From an uncultured Nitrospiraceae bacterium (GTDB taxonomy: Bacteria; Nitrospirota; Nitrospiria; Nitrospirales; Nitrospiraceae): a stretch of DNA of 64,000 nucleotides. A program made the position numbers and the translations under genes. Of the stretch, positions 28,748 to 38,251 are shown piece by piece. How positions within the stretch are numbered: the first letter of the stretch is position 1; every line of letters starts with the position of its first letter. The DNA is taken from the NCBI GenBank assembly GCA_963730935.1, contig CAVSTP010000002.1, forward strand, positions 512,001 through 576,000, read 5' to 3'. The notes under the pieces are model-generated. The model saw nothing but the letters and a program-made list of their open reading frames with translations. It ran no database searches and was not told where the DNA came from.

Positions 28748-29169
28748 GGCTGCCCAAATCGGGATACGCCTGAGATTCATCACTTTGTAATGGTAACCGT
28801 ATCCCGAACCCCGTCCCTCTTAATTTGGAGGGAAATGGGAAGGTTGAATTGCTCTGACCAAGACCGCACTTTTTTCCCATCTTTCGACTCGATTATATCG
28901 CCATACAGGTTATCATTGCGAAGTATTTAGCGCATGCGCGAGAGCAAAGAGAATCACGTAAGGAATCACCACACTAGTAACTTTTCTAGTAAGAGTTTAT
29001 ACGTGCCCTTCACAAAGGAAAGAGCGGTGATTACGTGTTCACCGGACAATACGGGGAGCCTCTCACTGAGGCTGCAGTACGTAAAATGTGGTCGAAGCGA
29101 CCTACCTCGCCAACATTATTCAGGGCTATGCCGATTGGATTGATACGTTTCGGGAGAAGGGGGTGGACA

Positions 29170-29907
29170 ATGGTATGCACACGGCCACAAAACATCCTTT
29201 GGGTCCTCATCGGCCTTACGATGAGCTTCATTCTCCTAACGCTGGCTAGTTGCGCAGGTGGTGGAAATGACAATTCCAATGTCCCCCCAGCACAGACTAA
29301 TCAACCTATCCCGCCTAAAGAGCGAGCCCCGGAGCCGACGCCTACTACTCCTCCTCCACCACCGGAGGGGCATGTGTTTTTATCCGGTCTGACCATAAGC
29401 GGAGTCAGCGCCACGTTTACTGCGCCAGCTCCGGCAGATGGTGGGCAAACGCAAGTGGCGACGGTGGAAGGGCCTGATGGCAAGGATGACTACACCGCTA
29501 TTCGCGTACCGTGGGAAGATCGAGAGATCACGGTCTCCCTTCCGCATACCGGCACCGCGACGAATGCGATTGATGCGACTAATGCCCGCGTGACTCATGT
29601 TCTCACTGGTCTTGGAGTGCTGGAGGCGAATGTCACACGATTCGGCGATGTGCTGGCTGGGGAATCAGGAGAGGTCACGTTTACGGCACAGTATGACCTA
29701 GCGATGACGCCTGGGGCGCTCAAAGAGTCCTCCTATATGGAGGCGCGATTGATCTTATTGAATCGCAAAACCGATGAGTTGATCGTTGATTCAGTTGATG
29801 GAGGGTTGGGGGATAAGCAAGGGGAGCTGCGCGTAACCGCGCTCTTTTCTCCAGGTGATACCGGCAGTTTGTTTTTCGGCGTGACCTTGCATTCAGAGGC
29901 ACACTAA
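29170..29907 (+). CDS. Hypothetical lipoprotein (cargo)
   Basis: Signal ending LASC, Pro-rich linker, beta-rich domain. Confidence 0.7.
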   Translation: MVCTRPQNILWVLIGLTMSFILLTLASCAGGGNDNSNVPPAQTNQPIPPKERAPEPTPTTPPPPPEGHVFLSGLTISGVSATFTAPAPADGGQTQVATVEGPDGKDDYTAIRVPWEDREITVSLPHTGTATNAIDATNARVTHVLTGLGVLEANVTRFGDVLAGESGEVTFTAQYDLAMTPGALKESSYMEARLILLNRKTDELIVDSVDGGLGDKQGELRVTALFSPGDTGSLFFGVTLHSEAH

Positions 29908-29925
29908 TTAAGAAGGAGGAAAGCC

Positions 29926-30117
29926 ATGAGTGAGCATACTGACAGTAATAAAGCCAACGCCCGGCTTGTTCCAACTCCGTCGGTAGAATTCTCCACTCAT
30001 AGGTCTCCGCTGGCATTACTGCAATATCAACCGCAGCCGTCCCGTCAACCCTTCAACTGCACGTCGTTCACCCAAGGAGGCCAAACGCACACCACCTGTT
30101 ATTTGAGACTCGTTTGA
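29926..30117 (+). CDS. Small hypothetical ORF or remnant
   Basis: Strong AAGGAGG RBS right after the lipoprotein stop; 63 aa; no recognisable family. Confidence 0.35.
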   Translation: MSEHTDSNKANARLVPTPSVEFSTHRSPLALLQYQPQPSRQPFNCTSFTQGGQTHTTCYLRLV

Positions 30118-30643
30118 TAAGGGTCCTCTTTCACACCGTCAAAATTTTGTGGCGCATAAGATGTGCGTAGGACCAGCTTGAGCTAACGCGATTGAATTTC
30201 CCCCCGTAGCCGGCTAAATCCTGGCCCAAATAAGGGACCCGTTCGCGTGGTGTTATTACATCCCACCACTCCCTTAAAGGGTTCAATCGTCGCATCCGAC
30301 ATGCCAAGGCGTCGATCATAGTGACTGATCATGGCTGACGTGTGAGTGAGTTGGTATTGCAAATCAATTTGTACCTATCTCAATATGGAGTACGCGAACT
30401 AAGGTTCATCTCAAATACCCACCACATTTCAGGAATACACGTATGAGTGAAGAGTTGTCTGCTAATCTGCCTATGCAATCATCACACAGTGAGGTATAAT
30501 ACCTAAGGCTTTGTTGCTTTAACAAGGCAATCGAAGATTTACCTCTTATGAGGTATTGATATGCCGTCTCTCCAAACGTAGTATTGCGCCCTACCATATT
30601 TTGTGACGCTTTATCCTCCCTAAAAGCGGCTAATCTTGGACTG

Positions 30644-32701
30644 ATGGAGTACAGACGCGAGATTGATGGACTCAGGGCTCTAGCCGTCCTGCCAGTCATA
30701 CTTTTCCACGCCGGCTTTCAGACCTTTTGCGGCGGATTCGTTGGCGTTGATGTCTTCTTTGTAATCAGCGGCTATCTGATTACGACAATCATTCTTGCTG
30801 AAAAGCAAGCTGGTCAATTTTCAATAATCAACTTTTATGAGCGAAGAGCACGACGCATTCTTCCTGCGTTGTTTGTCGTTATGATTGTTTGCTTGCCATT
30901 TGCTTGGCTTTGGTTGTTACCTCAACATTTGAGGAGTTTCTCGCAGAGCCTAGTTGCCGTATCAGTTTTTGCGTCCAACGTACTGTTTTGGCAAACAAGC
31001 GGCTACTTTGACCGCGGCGTAGATATGAAGCCGTTACTACACACCTGGAGTCTAGCGGTTGAAGAACAATATTATCTGTTCTTTCCAATTTTCCTAATGC
31101 TGACTTGGCGATTCGGTAAGCGTTTGACTTTGACACTGCTCGCTATCGTTTTTGCTGCAAGTATAGCGGCAGCACAATGGTTTTCATTTTATGACGCAGA
31201 GGCAGCATTTTATCTATTACCTACACGAGGTTGGGAACTTCTTGTCGGCGTGTTTGTGGCTTTTTATGCTTCAATTCACGTAAACCCAAGTCCAGCCAAA
31301 GGAGTAAGTGAGATTGGTGGTATCGTAGGTTTGCTACTGATCATATACGCCATATTCTCCTTTGATAAGCACACACCCTCCCCCAGTTTATATACATTGG
31401 CGCCAACAGTAGGCACAGCACTTGTCATTGTATGCGCTACCAAAAGTACTCTCGCTGGCAAGTTACTTGGAAATAAGATTCTTGTTGGTATTGGCTTAAT
31501 AAGCTACAGCGCATACCTATGGCATCAACCATTGCTAGCTTTTGTTAAACACAGGGTTGAGGGTGCGCCTAGTAAGCTCTTATTAGGAGGTTTGGTAGTC
31601 GGCGCTATAACCCTTGCCTATTTCACCTGGCATTACGTTGAGACGCCTTTTAGACACAAACAACGATTTGGACGAAAGCAAGTCTTTTTGCTCGGTACCA
31701 TCGGGGGTTTGTTCTTCATCAGCATTGGATTCATAGGCCACTTCGATAAAGGAAACTTTTTAAGGTTCGACAAAGAGAATTTCGCTCGAGGATTAGCGGC
31801 ACAAACCAACGAGAATAGAATGCGACAGATTTGTCGTATCGATAGCGTTGAGTCTCTTAATCTTCCCAGCGATCAATGCTGGTACGGAACTGGTGATTTT
31901 AAAATCCTGGTCTGGGGTGACAGTCACGTTGACACTACATCTCTGACTCTTTCCGAGGCATTGCCGATAGCGCGCGTATATCACGCTGGTCATGCGGCGT
32001 GCCCTCCTATTCTTGGGTTGATTCTCGCCAGTAATAATTCATCTGATTGCTCGGATTTCAATAATCACGTTTTCGAGTTTTTGAAAAGAGAAAGGTTTGA
32101 CGCTGTGGTGCTCAGTGCGAGATGGCGGGTTTATGCCGAAGGGACTCCCTTCGATAACGGTGAAGGTGGTGTTGACACGTTTACATCGAGATACTCTACT
32201 TCATCGAAGTTCGCGAACGAAGAGCAAAGATTCGCTTCTGTCATTAATGCTTATGTGGAGTCGATCGAGAAGGTGGCTGCGGCTGTATTTCCCGCCAAAG
32301 TTGTTCTTGTTTACCAGATTCCAGAGGTTGGCTTCAATGTTCCCGATGCTTTCTTTAAGACTATTCGTAGAGGAGAACAACCACCAACGGTGCTTACCAC
32401 GAGTTATGACATTTACAAAAGTTCAAACAAAAGAGTATCCGATGCGCTTGATCGTATTACGAGTCCAAACTTAGTACGCATCTTTCCACATACTTCATTG
32501 TGTAATGCGGATGTTAAAGGGCGATGTGTCGTTGTTAAGGAGGGGCAATTACTTTACATTGATGAAGATCATCTAAGTTTTGACGGGGCTCGTATCGTCA
32601 CAGCGACTTATGTCGCAGCAATAAAGCCTCATATCGGAGCTGAAAAACGGATACGCCGCTCGACGATCGGGCAAGATTCCTCTTCTCCCAATCGATTATA
32701 G
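30644..32701 (+). CDS. Acyltransferase-3/SGNH fusion, OafA/OatA-type O-acetyltransferase (cargo)
   Basis: YRREIDGLRALAV, GVDVFFVISGYL, FYERRARRILP, HTWSLAVEEQYY, SGNH GDSH and DEDH; AT-rich. Confidence 0.92.
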   Translation: MEYRREIDGLRALAVLPVILFHAGFQTFCGGFVGVDVFFVISGYLITTIILAEKQAGQFSIINFYERRARRILPALFVVMIVCLPFAWLWLLPQHLRSFSQSLVAVSVFASNVLFWQTSGYFDRGVDMKPLLHTWSLAVEEQYYLFFPIFLMLTWRFGKRLTLTLLAIVFAASIAAAQWFSFYDAEAAFYLLPTRGWELLVGVFVAFYASIHVNPSPAKGVSEIGGIVGLLLIIYAIFSFDKHTPSPSLYTLAPTVGTALVIVCATKSTLAGKLLGNKILVGIGLISYSAYLWHQPLLAFVKHRVEGAPSKLLLGGLVVGAITLAYFTWHYVETPFRHKQRFGRKQVFLLGTIGGLFFISIGFIGHFDKGNFLRFDKENFARGLAAQTNENRMRQICRIDSVESLNLPSDQCWYGTGDFKILVWGDSHVDTTSLTLSEALPIARVYHAGHAACPPILGLILASNNSSDCSDFNNHVFEFLKRERFDAVVLSARWRVYAEGTPFDNGEGGVDTFTSRYSTSSKFANEEQRFASVINAYVESIEKVAAAVFPAKVVLVYQIPEVGFNVPDAFFKTIRRGEQPPTVLTTSYDIYKSSNKRVSDALDRITSPNLVRIFPHTSLCNADVKGRCVVVKEGQLLYIDEDHLSFDGARIVTATYVAAIKPHIGAEKRIRRSTIGQDSSSPNRL

Positions 32702-33020
32702 CAATTGAGAAGATGGGACCTGAGGGCTCCAACGCGCAGAAACTGAGGGCATAATAGACCTGGCGAAAAACGCCAGCCTCAACTCGAAGATGCCGACCAT
32801 ATCAGGCTAGGCGTGGGAGTCCTCATTAGAACCCCCGCCTGCCTGAACAGGGCCGGGGGGTCTTGTGTCAGGTGTTATTAGGGTGTTACTTTTGCGGCCA
32901 GACGGGGATGTATAGAGACAAAGACAGCCGAAGAGAAGCAAATGGCTCTTGGGCATACAGTAAGCGGAAAGAGGGAATCGCCGCTCCTGTCAAGGCGTTC
33001 AGCGATTCCCCCTAATACAA

Positions 33021-33039
33021 TCCCGCCTTCGGCACCAAT
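33021..33039 (+). repeat. att core (distal side)
   Basis: Exact copy of the tRNA-Leu(GAG) 3' end. Confidence 0.92.
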
Positions 33040-33048
33040 CGAGAACCC

Positions 33049-33762
33049 ATGACCCACGGAGCAACGATGCCCCTTGCTGGCGCAACGTCTGTGCGGCGTC
33101 GCAGTGTTCCGCCGACCAAGCCTTCTTCGATCAGGCTGCTCTTGGTCGACGATCATGAAGTTGTTCGAGTCGGCCTGCGCACGGTCCTGCACAACAATCA
33201 AGGCATCACGGTCGTCGGGGAGGCCGACAGCAAAGCGCAGGCAGCCGCGGAGGCCAAGCGCCTTCGGCCGGACGTCATCTTGATGGACGTCCGCCTGCCT
33301 GACGGGTCCGGTGTTGAAGCATGCCGCGAAATCCTGTCTGAACAACCGACGGCGCGGGTCATCTTCCTGACGTCCTACACGGATGACGACTCGGTACTCG
33401 CGGCCGTGTTGGCCGGGGCGTACGGGTACGTGTTGAAGGAAATCGATTCGGCTGCGCTCATTCGCGCAATCAGGACCGTGTCCACCGGCCGCTCCATCCT
33501 GGACCCCGCCGTGACCAAGCGGGCCCTTGAATGGATCAAGACTGTCCCGGCTGCTGAAGGCCCTGCGCGCCCCTCGTCACTCTCACCACAAGAAGAACGG
33601 GTGCTGGCATTAGTGGCCGACGGCTTGACCAACAAAGAGATTGCCTCGACGCTCAAGTTGAGCGATAAGACTGTCAAAAATTACCTGGCCAACATGTTCC
33701 AGAAGCTCCATATTTCCCGTCGGGCTCAAGCGGCTGCATTCTTCGTCAAGCGCACCGTGTAG
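33049..33762 (+). CDS. NarL/LuxR-family response regulator (DevR-like)
   Basis: LVDDHEVVR, MDVRLPDGSG, LSPQE..VL.LVADGLTNKEIA..L.LSDKTVKNY; start uncertain. Confidence 0.92.
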   Translation: MTHGATMPLAGATSVRRRSVPPTKPSSIRLLLVDDHEVVRVGLRTVLHNNQGITVVGEADSKAQAAAEAKRLRPDVILMDVRLPDGSGVEACREILSEQPTARVIFLTSYTDDDSVLAAVLAGAYGYVLKEIDSAALIRAIRTVSTGRSILDPAVTKRALEWIKTVPAAEGPARPSSLSPQEERVLALVADGLTNKEIASTLKLSDKTVKNYLANMFQKLHISRRAQAAAFFVKRTV

Positions 33763-33777
33763 CAAGGGCGTCCACGC

Positions 33778-34269
33778 GTGGCCGGGGATCACCCCGTGGC
33801 AGCGCAGCCCCAAACACACCCTATCGTGATGCCCTCCTGGACTCTGTACTTCAATGCCGCATTGGGCAGCCTTGTCATCGCCGTGGGCGCATGGCTGGCC
33901 TGGAACGGGCTGTCCCCGTACAGCGCGGCAGGAGTTGCGATCGTCGCGGCGGCGTTCTTATGGTGGCGTGGCACGACCCTCACGCTTATCTGGGCCTGGT
34001 CGTTGCAGTTGCTTGGCCTCGAATGCTTTGCCTGGCCCGTTGTGACTATGCTGCAAATTCGTTCGGCTGGCGGCGAACCATCCGAGGCCGAGATGGGCGC
34101 CATCCTCTCCGCCACACTCATGGGGCTTTTTTCGGCCTGCTTCTGGCTCGCTTTATCCTATGGCCTGTTCAAACGGGCAAAGGAAGGACCGGGCACGGCG
34201 CGACAGGAGAACTCCTCTACGCCGCACCCCAAGGCCAATGGCAGCGCTCACGCGTCAAAGAAGCGGTAA
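33778..34269 (+). CDS. Hypothetical membrane protein
   Basis: About four hydrophobic segments. Confidence 0.6.
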   Translation: MAGDHPVAAQPQTHPIVMPSWTLYFNAALGSLVIAVGAWLAWNGLSPYSAAGVAIVAAAFLWWRGTTLTLIWAWSLQLLGLECFAWPVVTMLQIRSAGGEPSEAEMGAILSATLMGLFSACFWLALSYGLFKRAKEGPGTARQENSSTPHPKANGSAHASKKR

Positions 34270-34272
34270 CGG

Positions 34273-36531
34273 TCACCACATCTCAATCGGATCCACGTCG
34301 ACGTCGAACTTCACTGTTCGACGGGCATAGAGCGATTCAAGATCGGCTAGTGTTGATCGGATGGTCTGGACGGCGTTGAAGTCCGGTCGGGACTTGATCA
34401 GGATCTGCCGGCGGTAACGTCCGCGCACCCGGGGCACAGGCGACCGAACGGGTCCCAGGATAGTGAGATGCTCGCCTTCAGGCGTGGGCTTCGCCTCACG
34501 GCTGATTGCGTCCGCCCAGGCTTGGGCCGCGTGTGCGACGGTCGGTTCGAGTGCCCCGGAAACGTGAAGGACGATCACGCGAACGGCCGGGGGAAATCCA
34601 AGCGCCGTCCGGTGTAGCAATTCCTCTGCTCTGAAGATCGCATCATCCTGTCGCGCCACCGCCTCGATCACATGGTGCGACGGCAGGTACGTTTGAATGA
34701 TCAGCCGACCGCCCGCCGACATCGGCTGCACCAGACCCGCGGCGTCCTGCAGCAAATGGAACGTGCGTTCAGCCGCTCGAAAGTCGGGAAGGCTCAGCCC
34801 CGCATCCGCCTGCACGGCGCCCGCGAGACCCAGCGGCGGCACCAGATCATCTCTCAACAGTAATTGGGTGCCAATGAGCACATCCCACTCCCGCCGACGA
34901 ATGCGTGTCCGGATGCGATCGGCTTCCTTCGGCCTTCGCATGGTCTCTCCGTCGACTCGCAACACCCGTGCAGAGGGAAACCGTCGTTTTACTTCTTCTT
35001 CCAGACGTTCGGTCCCTTCCCCGACAGGCTGCAGCCGGGCACTCCCGCATGTGGAGCACAGGTCTAGAATCGCATGCGTGGCACCACAGTAATGACAAAA
35101 CAGCACGTTCTTCTGTCGCGAAAACGCGAACGCCACGTCACAGGAGGGACAGCGGGGAACCTGGCCGCAGTCTCGACAGACGAGCGCACCCGCATAGGCT
35201 TTCCGGTTGAGAAATAACAGGATTCCTGCCTGACGCGCCATGGTTTCGCGCATGGCCTCGTGCAGCCGGACGCTTAAGAGCAGTCGACGATCCTCGCGTT
35301 GAAGATCCACGACCTCGACCTGCGGCGAGATGTCCGATCGAACGGGCGCTTTGAGTAGGTGCTTCGGCGCTTCCAGGCCGGTCGCCTCGAGAGAGAGATG
35401 GGCCGAACCCAATACGAGAAGCGCCTCCTCCTTCTGGGCTCTCATCCACGCAACATCCCGCGCATGATATCTCGGCTCCATCGGTTCTTTGAGCGCGGAA
35501 TCCTCGTCGCGGTCAATCCAGATCAGGCCGATGGGATCAAGCGGAAGGAACACGGCGGCTCTCGTGCCAACCACGACGGTAACATGGTTCTGACGAATCC
35601 GCCCCCAGATTTCAGACCTCTTCTCATCAGGCATCATGCTGTGAAGCGCGGCGGTCACCGTGGCCGGGTGAGCCAGCGCGGCTGCGAGTGATTCCGCGCG
35701 GGAGGTTTCACCCGTGATCACGAGCACCTTCCGCCCCAGTTCCACCGTCCTGATCACGGCAGCACGAAGCAAGGCGAGGCGTTCTGTGGGATCAGCCTCT
35801 ACCAACAGACGGGCGGACGTACGGCCCTCCACCGCACGCAGGACGCACGCCTCCCATTCGACGTTTCGCGACGTGCCCCAATCCTGAGAACGCTCGTCAG
35901 CGTGGAAACCGAACAGAGCAGGAGTCTCGGTCGCCGTGCGACCGCGCACTTTGTGTGCCCAGCCTCGATCGAGGATCGACGCCAAGACCTCCTCATGAGT
36001 CCGGTCCTTGCCATGACAAAGGCGAGAGAGCGAAATGCCGAGCGGCCGACGTTTGAGACGCTTCAGAAGTGGCACGAACGCAGGGGGAATCGAATCCTGT
36101 TTGGTCAGAGCTTCTTGACCTTCCTTGGTCAAAATCATGTGGCTCGAGTCAAGCCTGGTCGATTTGGGCGGCAGCACCAGCCTGAGGCATTGTCCCCAGG
36201 GTGCCACATAGGTTTCAGCCACGGTCTTCGCCAGCAGCAGCAGGGGAGGAGGAATTTCAACGGCCCGATCAGCCGTGACCAGTGCGCGAATGAGTTTGAG
36301 CCGTTCGAGCGGCACTGCCGGAGGATGGTGAGGACTGAGCGCAACAACCGCACCTTGAACCAGGGACCGTCCGAACGGCACGAACACTAGGTGACCGACC
36401 CGCAACACCGCTCGTAAATCAGTGGGAATTCGATAGGTAAATGGGCCGGCGAAGTGGCGGGGGACAATGATCTCCGCGAAGAGCGGAGCGTCTGGTTCCT
36501 GTGATGTGATGGTCCGCGGCTCACCGATCAT
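34273..36531 (-). CDS. priA: Primosomal protein N' homolog with degenerate helicase motifs
   Basis: FTYRIP...VPFG N-domain, GTRAAVFLP, PRYHARDVA, LNRKAY, four CxxC, PDFRAAER, DVDP C-terminus. Confidence 0.9.
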   Translation of the reverse strand: MIGEPRTITSQEPDAPLFAEIIVPRHFAGPFTYRIPTDLRAVLRVGHLVFVPFGRSLVQGAVVALSPHHPPAVPLERLKLIRALVTADRAVEIPPPLLLLAKTVAETYVAPWGQCLRLVLPPKSTRLDSSHMILTKEGQEALTKQDSIPPAFVPLLKRLKRRPLGISLSRLCHGKDRTHEEVLASILDRGWAHKVRGRTATETPALFGFHADERSQDWGTSRNVEWEACVLRAVEGRTSARLLVEADPTERLALLRAAVIRTVELGRKVLVITGETSRAESLAAALAHPATVTAALHSMMPDEKRSEIWGRIRQNHVTVVVGTRAAVFLPLDPIGLIWIDRDEDSALKEPMEPRYHARDVAWMRAQKEEALLVLGSAHLSLEATGLEAPKHLLKAPVRSDISPQVEVVDLQREDRRLLLSVRLHEAMRETMARQAGILLFLNRKAYAGALVCRDCGQVPRCPSCDVAFAFSRQKNVLFCHYCGATHAILDLCSTCGSARLQPVGEGTERLEEEVKRRFPSARVLRVDGETMRRPKEADRIRTRIRRREWDVLIGTQLLLRDDLVPPLGLAGAVQADAGLSLPDFRAAERTFHLLQDAAGLVQPMSAGGRLIIQTYLPSHHVIEAVARQDDAIFRAEELLHRTALGFPPAVRVIVLHVSGALEPTVAHAAQAWADAISREAKPTPEGEHLTILGPVRSPVPRVRGRYRRQILIKSRPDFNAVQTIRSTLADLESLYARRTVKFDVDVDPIEMW

Positions 36532-36628
36532 GCGGCATTGTAGCAGCAGCAGTCAGGAGGGGAAACCAGCAAGCTCGCGCACGCTGGGACATGCTCACAA
36601 CGGAGCATGTCCCAGCGGAGAGCAGCAA

Positions 36629-38134
36629 TCAGGGTTGCGCTGTTTTGTCCGGCGCGGCCGGCACAGCCTGGGTGTTTTCAGCAGGTGTATCGGAAACGAC
36701 CGGAGGAGTAGGAACTGGTTTTTCGGCATTGTCCGCCTCCGTGGGAACGGTCTTGTCGACCGAAGAAGCGGCCGACACCTGGCCCTGCGATCCGAGACCG
36801 GACACACGATAGCCGTCATCAGCGGCGGCTTCGGCAGGCGCCGTCGGAGGCGCGGGATCAGCCGGTGCGGCGTTGGGAGCATAGAGGACAACGTCGACGC
36901 GGCGGTTTCTTGAACGTCCGGCTTCCGTCGCATTGCTCATCAACGGCTTAGTCGCGCCGTAGCCGATAGACGAGATTCGTGCAGAGTCGATGCCGCCTTT
37001 TTCGACGAGATAGCGCAGAACGCCGGTGGCGCGCGCTTTGGAAAGATCCCAATTTGTCGGGTACTGCGACTTCAGGGAGGGACCGATTTCCATATTGTCC
37101 GCATGCCCCTCGACGCGGATCAGTTGATCGGCCTGCGATCCTTTCAAGAGTTCGACCAACTGGTCCAGCGTTTGATAGCCTTCCGGCTTGATCCTAGCTT
37201 CGCCGGATTCATACTGCAGCTGCTTCATGAGATCGTCCAAAGTGTACCGCGTTTCGCGCGCTGCATTCTGAACCGCTCGCTTACCTGTCGAAGGCTCCGC
37301 GGGACTGTTCATGGACGGCGCGGCCGGCGTGACCGGCTCTGCCGGAGGAACAAGATCCGCCTGATACTTCGTACGGAATTGGTCGCCCTTGAGAATGCGG
37401 GAAATCGATTTCGTGACGAGTGCAGTGGCGCTGCGGCCCTCGGTTGACAACACCTTCACCTCCCCGACCTGGCGAGGCGGCAGCCCCCCTCCGTAACGAG
37501 TCAGCTCCAGGCGGTCTCCAGCCTTGAGCCCATCTTCCCACCCGCGGTCGAGATAGACGATGTTCCGTTGTGCCACTAGGGTCATCTCCAAATCAGCTTG
37601 CAATTCGACGACCATGCCGTTGATGTCGCCCGAAGCAGGCACGGCGGCCGCTTCGCCGGAACTCGGCAGTGAGAACTTGGCGATGGGATCACCGGGAGCC
37701 GCCGCCCCGAATGCCCGCACAACGCGAGCCGTGGTCAATACGTCATCCACTTGAACCACCTGTACGATGGCGAGCCGGGTAATCAGATACCCCAAGTACT
37801 GCCCGGTTGCGGGATGAAAAACCTTTCGGGTTCGCTTGTAGACGGTGAAGAGATCGCCGATCGCCGCCTCTGCAGGATTTTTCAACTTGAGGTAGAGCGT
37901 ATCGTTCTGTCCGAGCCGCATACGGTTTCCGATGGTCTGATTGTCGCCGGTGATGACATTCACCACACCGTCCTGCGGAGTAAACTGCTGGATGGAACCC
38001 GCGGCGTAGGTCCTGGCTGCCTCGCCGTAACGGATACTGTCGAGATCATCGGCCCACGCCGACAACAGTCCCATCGTGGCGATGATCGCGAACAGCGCGC
38101 AGCCTGTGAGGGCTTTCTGTGGATGAATGGTCAT
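36629..38134 (-). CDS. Exported OmpA/MotB-domain protein with N-terminal beta domains
   Basis: Signal peptide; VEGHAD, NWDLSKARA, GYGATKP...NRRVD. Confidence 0.85.
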   Translation of the reverse strand: MTIHPQKALTGCALFAIIATMGLLSAWADDLDSIRYGEAARTYAAGSIQQFTPQDGVVNVITGDNQTIGNRMRLGQNDTLYLKLKNPAEAAIGDLFTVYKRTRKVFHPATGQYLGYLITRLAIVQVVQVDDVLTTARVVRAFGAAAPGDPIAKFSLPSSGEAAAVPASGDINGMVVELQADLEMTLVAQRNIVYLDRGWEDGLKAGDRLELTRYGGGLPPRQVGEVKVLSTEGRSATALVTKSISRILKGDQFRTKYQADLVPPAEPVTPAAPSMNSPAEPSTGKRAVQNAARETRYTLDDLMKQLQYESGEARIKPEGYQTLDQLVELLKGSQADQLIRVEGHADNMEIGPSLKSQYPTNWDLSKARATGVLRYLVEKGGIDSARISSIGYGATKPLMSNATEAGRSRNRRVDVVLYAPNAAPADPAPPTAPAEAAADDGYRVSGLGSQGQVSAASSVDKTVPTEADNAEKPVPTPPVVSDTPAENTQAVPAAPDKTAQP

Positions 38135-38222
38135 GGCGTGTCCTTCTGGTTAAGGCATAGTCTGCTCAAAAAACCATAGCAAATCATCCCATAGAGTCAA
38201 GAATATTGCGGTCTTGTCCCCG

Positions 38223-38251
38223 TTGACCGGGGTGGGGACCTTTGCTAAGGT
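38223..38251 (+). promoter_or_regulatory. Putative sigma70 promoter of the nuo cluster
   Basis: TTGACC-17 bp-TAAGGT with TGn extension. Confidence 0.55.

Larger units (their letters stand above)
23587..33039. mobile_element. Integrated ~9.4 kb phage-satellite-like island (PICI/P4-like)
   Basis: 19-bp direct repeat of the tRNA 3' end at both ends; integrase next to the tRNA; HTH, replication and TerS-like genes; AT-richer cargo. Confidence 0.9.

Noticed and set aside
30118..30643. Short ORFs between cargo genes
   Set aside because: No RBS or motifs; likely promoter region or decayed DNA.
32828..32863. G/C-run hairpin as a cos/pac packaging site
   Set aside because: Plausible position, but no helper sequence to compare; could equally be a terminator-like hairpin.
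23587..33039. Complete prophage or ICE
   Set aside because: No structural, lysis, relaxase or T4SS genes; too small.
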